Source: Chrysomallon squamiferum (taxonomy: Eukaryota; Animalia; Mollusca). From it: a stretch of DNA of 64,000 bases. The stretch lies in contig CM022667.1 in assembly GCA_012295275.1 (NCBI GenBank), forward strand, positions 20,584,001-20,648,000. The letters are read 5' to 3'. The position numbers were made by a program, and so were the translations under genes. The notes below the pieces were generated by a model. It was given only the letters and a program-made list of their open reading frames with translations. It was not told the DNA's origin and ran no database searches. Below are positions 54,801 through 64,000 of the stretch, in pieces; the stretch's first letter is position 1, and every line of letters begins with the position of its first letter.

Positions 54801-57800
54801 AACCTTTCATTTGTTACTTTGTGTTTGCTTGCAGAATCTCACTTTGATAGATATTACAAATCATTACTCTTCAATATTTACTTTAATGAAACAGTTTTTA
54901 TTTGAGTTTGTTTATTATGCTTTACTCAATATAATTTAATTTTTAATTAATTGTCAATGTCAGATCTCCTACTTCACCGGGAGTTACTAGACCAGGCAGA
55001 CAACCTTCATCTGATCTTAAGAAGGTTTCAACACAGTCACCAAGAGTTAAGTATGTATCATATATCAAAATATATATCATATATAAATATTCACATTAAT
55101 GTTCAACTGATATATATATATTCTTTTTAATCAATTATTTCACAAATCCAAGTAAAACAAAAACAAAAATAAGTTGAAAAAGAATTTCGTAGATTAAAGA
55201 AAACTGTTAACTGTTTTAAGTATCATAGTTTATAAATTTGTTTATTTATTTTATTATTTTGCTAGTATCATTGATGATAAAAATTAACCAGTTACCATTC
55301 TTTCATTTACCAATAATGCAATTTGAATTTTAGTCTTTTCGACTAAAACTAGTGAGAAAACCCTATCCCACAAAAAAATAAAATAAAATAATAATAATTA
55401 ATTAATAAATAAATAAATCCAAGTCTGCTGTTAAATCCTGAGAATAGTTCTATCTTAGATTTGTTTTAAATTATTGATTATCTAGTACATTGCTGTTCTT
55501 TGAACACAAATATTTTCATTGCAGTGCTTCAAGACAGCCAGACAAAAGGATGCCACTTCCAGCGAAAGCGACGTATGTTGTCATTCATGCTAAACGATTA
55601 TCTTTTTTCTTCTTTTTTTTAATATATTTTAAAAAACAAACAAAAAATCTTTTTACTTTGATTAATATCAACAATTTTTTACTTTGAAAAAGGTTTTAAA
55701 ATTGCATTATACAAATCTTAATAAAATATTTTCAAGTGTATTTCTAATTACACACTATGTACGAATACATGTTAAGAGAATGTAAACAATATTTCACTTC
55801 TTTAACCTGAAAGTATATTTTGATAATATTTAAAATTTTCAAGAAATGTGTGATAAGAATGGATTTTGTAAACCGTGACTTTGTACTGAACATTGTTTTT
55901 GTTTTGTCTAGTGAGCCACCTCGCAGTGCCATTAGTCAGACAGCGAAACACAACAAGCGCTATCCAGACAAACCAATAGCTGCAGCTCTGACCCACTCTC
56001 CAGCCAAACAAGTGAAACCTCCGCAGGCAGAAATAAACAACCGGTCAAGACGACCAGAGAAAGTTCCACTTCCTCTTCTTAACAAGTAGGTTTCTTTTTT
56101 CTTGCATTAACAAATTCATGTTCAATTATTAAAATAAAGTGTTAAGTAGTTTTTTTACATTAATAACACTGTATAACTGAGTTATTTATTTATTTGAAAA
56201 TATTTTCTATTTTTGACTTTCTCAGACCAAAGCAGTTTTGGTTTTGATGTATTTATTTTTTTAACAGAACACGACCTCGTTCTGTCAGCTCTAGTGGAAG
56301 CAGTCAGTCGCGTTCTCGAAGTCGTTCATCATCATCATCGTTTTCTCGATCTCGGTCTCACAGTGCCAGCAGCATCTCATCACGATCCAGCAGCTCCGGA
56401 TCATCCACATCAAGCGGAAGTGCAGATTCAGATCATTTGTACAGAGACCTGCAGAAGGGACAGAATGGAGATCCTGTGGTGAAGAAAATACCAGGTAATT
56501 TTATCCTGCCAGCTCTTCTTAATATGAATATGAAGTATTAATAGTTTCAAGTATAGTAACAAATCACAGATTTTTCAAGCAAAGGTAGGTTTCTTTAAGT
56601 CTTATATTATTTGCGTATTTTTATATATTTATTTTTGAAATTTGAAATTTGTGATATTTTTAATATAAATAAAATCAGTTTAAAACATTATTTTTAAAAA
56701 AATCAATATAATTGTCTGTTACAGATGACAAAAAACAGACCAAAGCGCCAGTGAAGGAAGCAGTTCGACGACCTGTGGTTTCTGAAGACAGGACAGAGCA
56801 CAAACAGAAGAAATCAGAACACTCACAGAGAAACAGACAGGGTTCTGAGAGTAGAGTCTACAACTCTGCAAGTTACCGTCATCAGTCAGGCCGGGCTCCA
56901 GCAACTCCAATCAAACCAAAAGATCCCATGAAACTTGTAGGACAGAAACAAAGCATTAAATTACTCCTTGTCAATAAGGTTTGCAGTTTCAATGTTTTAA
57001 GTGATGGTAATTCTTTATCAGTGAGGCATTTTAAACTAGAATTATTACAGGAGCAATGTATAATAAATCATTTTTCAATAATATTGGATAATAACTTCTA
57101 AAATTTCACTGGCAGACTTTTTATTTTTTCTATGAAAATTTTTCTGTTTACTGATAGTGAATGTATATTTAATTTACCAGGGTTCTGAGAAATCTGTTCC
57201 TGCAACACCATCACTGCCTGGAGTAAAACGACGTGCATCAGAACAAACAGGACCTCCAGCCAAACGTCAGACAGTAACTCCAACAAACAAAGTCACTACA
57301 GGTACTTACTCATTTCAGTTGTCAGGTAGAGCTGTGTGAAGCAGCCCAGTTCTATTTACAGTAATAGAACAGTAACTCCAACAAACAATGTTCCTTCAGG
57401 TACTTACTCATTTCAGTTGTCAGGTAGAGCTGTGTGAAGCAGCCCAGTTCTATTTACAGTAATAGAACAGTAACTCCAACAAACAGTGTTCCTTCAGGTA
57501 CTTACTCATTTCAGTTGTCAGGTAGAGCTATGTGAAGCAGCCCAGTTCTATTTACAGTAATAGAACAGTAACTCCAACAAACAATGTTCCTTCAGGTACT
57601 TACTCATTTCAGTTGTCAGGTAGAGCTATGTGAAGCAGCCCAGTTCTGTTGACAGCTGACATATTATTACAAGATGTACAGAGAGTTGTCAGTAATAACA
57701 ATGTGAAAAAAAAGGTTTAGTTTTAATAACTTTTCAAATGCTTCTTTTCAGGTGAAAAGGTAATAAAGCCGAGCTCTGTGGTCAGGTCAGAGAAGGCCAA

Positions 57801-58029
57801 GTCACCTCCAGCCAGAGCCAAAGTATCAGTGACGCAGGCAAAGGCTCCAGTCAAACCATCTGCTCAGACAAAGGTTCCAGTGCCTACAAAACCAACTACA
57901 ACGGTTCCAACTCCAGCTCCAGAGAAACCCAAAATCAAAAAGAGTACTTTGTCTAGACGAGAAGAGTTGTTGAAACAGTTGAAAGCAGTTGAAGATGCAA
58001 TAGCTAGAAAAAAGTCCAAAATGACATGA
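48882..58029 (+). CDS. ZC3H18: Zinc finger CCCH domain-containing protein 18-like, multi-exon
   Basis: Exons 48882-50594, 50731-50781, 51356-51497, 51697-51779, 52170-52256, 52613-52758, 52934-53042, 53325-53392, 53574-53702, 54370-54471, 54705-54794, 54964-55050, 55525-55572, 55912-56085, 56268-56494, 56725-56978, 57181-57301, 57752-58029. Acidic N-terminus with ELDYEE and EEGEI, CCCH finger CRFFLRGSCTWGLNCRFLHPGINDKGNY, ESAWERGLRHAKE, YENFEV, DEWHDPW, RS/S-rich tracts and C-terminal SRREELLKQLKAVEDAIARK. Confidence 0.93.
49218..49404 (+). repeat. Coding 24-bp tandem repeat (GPASPDDE, about 7-8 copies) in the first coding exon of ZC3H18
   Basis: Translation NPASPDDVGPASPDDVGPASPDDEGPASPDDEGPASPDDEGLASPDDEGPASPDDEVPTFPDDE. 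Confidence 0.95.
57271..57648 (+). repeat. 98-bp tandem repeat (about 4 copies) spanning the donor of the penultimate ZC3H18 exon
   Basis: acagtaactccaacaaaca... starts at 57271, 57369, 57467 and 57565. Each copy contains cag|gtacttactcatttcag. Confidence 0.95.
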
Positions 58030-59946
58030 TGTTGTTAATGTGTGTGTGTACATATACATGATTACTTAGATGTACATAGCTACTGTTTGATTCAAAACAG
58101 TGCCAGACTAAATGTTACATGGATACAGGGATAATAAATTTCTATTTTAAATGTATTTTATTTGTTGCTGATAAATTATCTTTAAATAAATATTTACAAA
58201 TAACTTCATATTATTTATTATTATCTTAAATAGTCAATGTAAAGAAAATATTAATTATAAAAGGTTTTACCCTCTTTTGTTTTTTCCTTAAAGATCAAGT
58301 AGACTTTACAACAACATTTAAAATATAGAAATTAAATACTGTTGTTTGTTTTGGCTTTGCATTTTGTGAAAAAAAAAAAACTAGCTTAAGTAGCTTAAAG
58401 AGAGATTTTTTTTCACCTTTGTTTTTTTTAAAAATAAAACCAAAATGGATATCTTCACCAGCTAGCAATTTCTAACTTCTGGAGAAATATTAAAAATAAT
58501 TAAAAGAATTGTTCTGACTGACTACATATATATTAAGTTACAAATATTTCATTCTTTTCATTTCATTTATATAATTTTTTTGAAGCCCAGTGCTCTGACT
58601 TTTAGTTACTCTGGTTAACAAGAAAGTAACCTTCAGAGCAGTGTAAACATTTTCTTTTTAGTTGTAACATGTCTCATCTTTCTAGGTTTTATAAAACAAA
58701 ACAGTAGTTGCTTCCCCTTGCATAGATAGTTCACCTTGCTTGAAAATGCATTTATTTACTTTGACAGACATTTCAGATACTTACTTGTATTGCATTTAAT
58801 ATCTTTTGCTATTAGTTTTCTTATATTCTTGAAAATGGATGCTTTATTCTTCTGAAAAATTTATATCGCTAATTCTTTTCTGTAATTAGATTTTTTTGAT
58901 GGGTAAAAACGTGTGGACCATTTTTTTTAACATGAATTTGCCTAATTCAGTTTTTACACAGAACTTCATTTCACTTAAATATAACTCTTGTAATTACAAG
59001 TTATATAAAAATAAAAAATTCTGAATTCTGGAGCTATGTAGTTGGAATTACTGAATGTCCAAAACCAGATATTTTTCATTTAAATAAGCAGTTCAGAAAA
59101 GATAAATCTATCATTTCTGAACAGCTAAAATTTAAATATGAATTTTGTTTCAGGCTGTAGAATATCTGGAATGTCACGTTTGCAAAATTTATCAGTTTTA
59201 CTATTTACATATTTATGTCAATGAAGAAGAAAAAAAATTATAAAGATTTTTTAAACTGTACATATCTTAAACTATTTTTCATGTAATGAGCTCAGTATTT
59301 GTACACCTATATATTTACTAGACATGTTTATTCTTCACTTGGATCTATGAATTTGTGACATTGGAATGTATATTTTATATGAATTGGACTAGATTTCAGG
59401 TTTTGTACTCATTTGCTTTTTATTAAAGTATGGGTACATCAACTGTAAATTCTACATGTATATAGTTATATTAGAAATCATTAAAAAAGTAGACACTTAA
59501 AATACATATAATTTCATTTCACATTATATATATAAAAAAAATAGACAATGGATTGTGTAAATGAGTTGAACTGAAATGTTCTGTGTTTTCTGTTATTAAA
59601 ACATCTTTGTTAGCATCTTTGATGTTCAAAATGTTTTTCACACAGAACTAAGATCTGAATTTGAACTCAAAATGACTTTAAAAAATACAAGTGTACTGAT
59701 TATACTGTGCATGGGTGTGTGTTTAAAAAGGTTTGCAAGGTGAGTTCATGTACTATGAAATTGTCATTGTTATAGATGCATTTTTCTGGCTGATAATTCA
59801 CTGTACATTTTTATAGAAGAAATTTCCATTTTTATTTTAATAGATTTGAAGAAATTATAAACTGGATTATTTCATTCATCTTTTTTGTCAATATATATAT
59901 ATATAAATAAATAAATAAATAAAATAAAATAAAATTAATAAATAAA

Positions 59947-59994
<48 letters not shown>

Positions 59995-61119
59995 TAACCA
60001 AAATACTTATTTCTCTTATGTTGTTACAACAGTTACAACTTTTTTTTATTTTTTTTTTTAAAGTAATTATTTATTCATTCATTTATTCATTATTATTAAG
60101 AATGAAGTCGAGTTATGTCATTTCCAATTTATCTCGTCATCCCAATGTTCCTCCACAGCATACATCTAATTGTCTTTGGATTGAGCATAATGTGTGAGAA
60201 TGAATATTGACTTTTAAATGTATTTAATATAGTGGGGACGTTTTCAGAAGGTGAGAATGAACAAAAAAAAAAAAAAAAAAAAAATGTAATATGTCATTGA
60301 GTACAGGTGTAACTTAGCTTTGCAGTAATATTGAATTGGGACATTAATGTGTTTTGCCTTTTTTTTAATTTGACATTCTAATTATTTGTTCTTTATGCAA
60401 TGACATAAAATCGGGTGTATTGTTTCATATAAATAAAGTGCTGATGTTGACAAATTTATGTTATTTTGTTGTTATTTTAATTTAAACAAGACATCAAAAG
60501 ATATATATGTAAAAATAAAGATTATGTGAAGTTAGCTGAAAAAGGTACGCTTGACACGCGCGTATCCGATTCGGATACACTGGTAATAGAAACTTGTAAC
60601 TGGAAATAACTGACTGCGAGGATCACGGTTTGCAAACCAGTGTCTTCTGTTTATTCATGTCTGGCATCCATTTCATTGCTTTGTGTGGGGTAAGCCGGGA
60701 TTAAACCGATTAAAATGGTCTCCAGCTGCCATGTATAGAATTGCACATACATTTATTTCAAACCAGATATTACTAGGAATTAATTTTTTTTTAAATTTTT
60801 TTTTATAGTTGACATTAGAAAATCAGTTTGTCTCATACAGTTATTTAACAATGGATAATATTTTTTTGATCAGGTTATCAAGATTCAGACAATGCGATAT
60901 ACAAAAACAACAAAAAAAAAAAAACCACAACAAAAAAATAAAAAAAAAACCACATTTTTTTTTAATCATAAAAATGATGTCCCAGATATAGTGTTGAGAC
61001 CTCAAACCTCATCGTGATTACTGCCCTTCCTTCGTATGAGGCACCGTTCCACGTACTAGTGTAGCCATGTTTAGACTATATTTTATTATTTATATAATAT
61101 GTATCCACTTTATTAATTT

Positions 61120-61278
61120 GTATTAATTAATTACTTTATTTATTTATTTACTTACTTACTTTATTATTTCTTTATTTATTTACTTATTTTCTTTATTATT
61201 TCTTTATTTCTTTATTTACTTATTTACTTTATTATTTATTTATTTCTTTATTTACTTTTTATCTTTATTATTTATTTA
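61120..61278. repeat. Degenerate (TTTA/TTAC/TTTC) low-complexity tract
   Basis: About 160 bp with essentially no G. Confidence 0.85.
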
Positions 61279-62875
61279 AATCTTCCTATTATAAGACTAA
61301 TATAAATCAGGTTATGTATTCCTTCATAACTGGTATTTTGTTTTGTGTATTTTCAGGCGTGCATTTTCATTAAGTTGTTTGTTGGCGGGTCATGCTAATT
61401 GCTATTACTTCAGTTAATCCAGTTTAAGCTTCAGAACTGATTTATTTGACGAAAACAAGGGAAATTCATCTTTTATAGTTTTAATTTTTTGGATAACAAA
61501 CGATTAATTGCGTCTGTCACTGAGCAATATAAAAAGAGGGTTTCTTATGATGATTCAGTAATGGGCAGGACAGATGGAAGGCAGACAATTAACACAAGAC
61601 AAGTGCAAAGGTCAAGGTTCACACCACAACGACACCACAACATAATGAACTGCCGCAGAAAGAAACAGCTAAATAGTTTGTATTATTCATGGCGAAACCA
61701 CGTTAAGCCACATATTTCCCACTTGAGTAACATTTTAACTTTTGACAAAGAAGATTAGCTGTTAATGTTTTTTCATTCGTTATGTTCGGCCACGAGGAAC
61801 TCGGTGAAAAATGCAAATGACATTGGAGACTATAAATTATCCAGTTTAGAACAGAAGATCACTGGCTGATTAAATATCATTACTTTTCCAAGACTTTCAG
61901 TATATATATAATATATTTATACTGTGTCTAACAGCAGTTTTGGTTATGATATTATATTTCTTACCCCCTGCTGAAAAATGTCAAAAGTTTCAATGATACC
62001 GTTATATAAATTATGACATTTAATCAGCCAACGATATGTACATAATTGCACGCAAGTTATAAAATGCCTAACCTGATTTAACTATTTTTATGGAAACCTC
62101 TGAAGACCATTTTAAATGAAAGAAAACGTCTGGATATAGTTACAGACAGTTTTCTTAATTTTACAAAATACATTTTAAAATAAATCTTAGTTACTATATC
62201 AACACATGCAGAATTTTATACAGAATAATCCTAGGTAGAAAGCTGTAACCATTTTACAGGTATTTATTAAGAACTGGCAGTCAGAATGCTAACGATCTGA
62301 AATGTCCATCCACTGTATTCGGACACTTCAGACTTCGGTCTGACTTAAAATCTACATTAGATTTGTTCATCAGTTTGATATTCAAACTCCAAATTTAGCG
62401 GTCTGGCTCATGTGCTAACATCCTGAATAAACATTATTATATATTTTATAAATAAAAACATAAATAAATAAATAAATAACCTTCAAATCATAATCGATTA
62501 AAACATTTAACTATAAAACTATAATTTCTACACCTGACAAGTAACGGACATTTTTTCGTCGTTTTTGTGATAATTTTATCGCCTATAGTGAATTTTCTTC
62601 TTCTTCTTCTTCTTCTTATTATTATTATTAATTTAAATAATGAAATTATTAGTCAGTTTTGTTAAGCAAGACTATGTTTATGAATATAATGATACTTTTC
62701 ATACGTTTACCGTAAATTTTAAATAAATAAATAAATAAATAAATAAGTGAAATTGGAAATTTCACATTTCAAGTCAACAGGCTAATGTATCCTAAATAAA
62801 CTAAAATTAAGAAGAATATGACAAACTACTTTTAAAACTTCCAGTGCAATCTTTATTATTTGACAATAATGAAAA

Positions 62876-62986
62876 GCAGCAGCAACAACAACAACAACAA
62901 CAACAACAATAAAAATAATAATCTTTAGATAAGTTAACCTGACGACTATTTGATAATAATAAATCAACAACAACAGCAGCAGCAGC

Positions 62987-63037
<51 letters not shown>

Positions 63038-63050
63038 AAGAATAATAATG
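62876..63050. repeat. Compound (CAG)/(AAC)/(AAT) trinucleotide microsatellites
   Basis: Direct runs; explain the poly-L/poly-V ORF 62782-63084. Confidence 0.9.
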
Positions 63051-63470
63051 AAGAGAAAGAGTAGAAGATTATGGTGTTTATCAAACTGTGAAAACAGAAG
63101 CTTTCAACGAGGTTTTCAAGTGTCTACTTAGCCAGTGTCTTCATTTCCAAAGCGCGGCACCTGTGTACGAGGCTTGCCACTTGTAGTACTTCCTGTCCAG
63201 GTGTTCGCCTGTCGGTGGCTTGTCAATTTATAGAGTTAGGTTTAGAGAATTCGTCTAGAATATTACACACGCAGTTTTAGGATTCAGCGTTAGAGAATTT
63301 GTCTAAATTATTACATTATACAATCATGTGATTCAGTTTCGGATATTACATATCATGTTAGAGAATTTGTTTAGGGTAGACTCTAACGAATTTAATATTA
63401 ATTATTAGGAATGGACGTCTGTCTTTCAGCAAAATTAAGTAACATGAAATTAAATGCTTCAGAGAAACAT

Positions 63471-63494
63471 TTACGTCACAAATATGTGACGTCA
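63471..63494. promoter_or_regulatory. Paired cAMP-response elements (TTACGTCA and perfect TGACGTCA)
   Basis: TTACGTCA at 63471-63478 and TGACGTCA at 63487-63494, about 90 bp upstream of the PDE-like ATG. Confidence 0.5.
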
Positions 63495-63584
63495 TAAAGG
63501 TAAACAAGGTTTTCGTTTTCTTCCTCTAATATAATGCCATTTAGTCCACAGGATTCAAGCCAAAGATCCACAGAAACATCCAAC

Positions 63585-64000
63585 ATGAGGAATAAAAATA
63601 TAAATGGTGACACGAAAACCGAAGAAATGGATCCATCAGTAATAAAAGCGTACGTCCAAAGTCATCCGAAATTACTAGATGAGATCATTCTTAGTCTTAG
63701 AAGTACAAAAGAGTTGCAGCAACTTCTTCAGCAGAAACAGTCCAACATACTGGATTCGACAAACACCCAGTTCGTTCTCGAGTCTCATGAAGACATATGC
63801 AGTAAATACAGCTTTTCCTCCATTAAACAACAAACTGAGACTTTGTTAAAAGAAAGCAGGGAACGGGATTTGAGCAACGTACTTTTCAACGCGACTGAAA
63901 TCTTAGCAAGTGCTTTACAAGTTGAGTGGTATTCCTTGTACCTTCCTTATCACAATGATCAGGATTTGTATGAATACGAGTCAGACGGAAATAAGAAGAG
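63585..64000 (+). CDS. PDE10A: 5' part of a GAF-domain cyclic nucleotide phosphodiesterase, PDE10A-like (runs off the window)
   Basis: Open frame absent from the ORF track: MRNKNINGDTKTEEMDPSVIKAYVQSHPKLLDEIILSLRSTKELQQLLQQK...DLSNVLFNATEILASALQVEWYSLYLPYHNDQDLYEY. It resembles, from recall, the PDE10A N-terminal helix (VKAYLSLHPQVLDEF) and the start of GAF-A. The frame is open back to a possible acceptor ccacag|63552. Confidence 0.65.
   Translation, partial: MRNKNINGDTKTEEMDPSVIKAYVQSHPKLLDEIILSLRSTKELQQLLQQKQSNILDSTNTQFVLESHEDICSKYSFSSIKQQTETLLKESRERDLSNVLFNATEILASALQVEWYSLYLPYHNDQDLYEYESDGNKK

Noticed and set aside
62782-63084. Poly-Leu/Val membrane-like ORF
   Set aside because: Translation of (AAC)/(CAG) microsatellites.

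Overview
AT-rich, intron-rich eukaryotic (invertebrate animal, probably mollusc-like; inference) genomic DNA, not prokaryotic. Splicing by hand gives five protein-coding genes. (1) A PLEKHG4/puratrophin-1-like Sec14-spectrin-DH-PH RhoGEF (+, about 1623-20159). (2) The mitochondrial Rieske Fe-S protein UQCRFS1 (+, 31971-34728). (3) The spliceosomal factor CTNNBL1 (-, 44502-35820). (4) ZC3H18, head-to-head with CTNNBL1 (+, 48882-58029). (5) The 5' end of a PDE10A-like phosphodiesterase (+, from about 63552/63585 to the window end). Non-coding content includes two non-autonomous hAT DNA transposons with TIRs and 8-bp TSDs, a hAT-type MITE, a GC-rich 32-bp minisatellite, several intronic tandem repeats and many microsatellites. 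I found no clear novel multi-gene system. The best leads are local tandem duplications that copy splice sites or the stop codon in three of the genes (one could create in-frame 27-nt microexons), a likely GC-AG intron with an in-frame GT-AG alternative, a one-codon terminal exon completing a PDZ-ligand-like C-terminus, paired CRE sites upstream of the PDE gene, and a possible uORF overlapping the ZC3H18 start. All exon models are hand-derived and lack transcript support.
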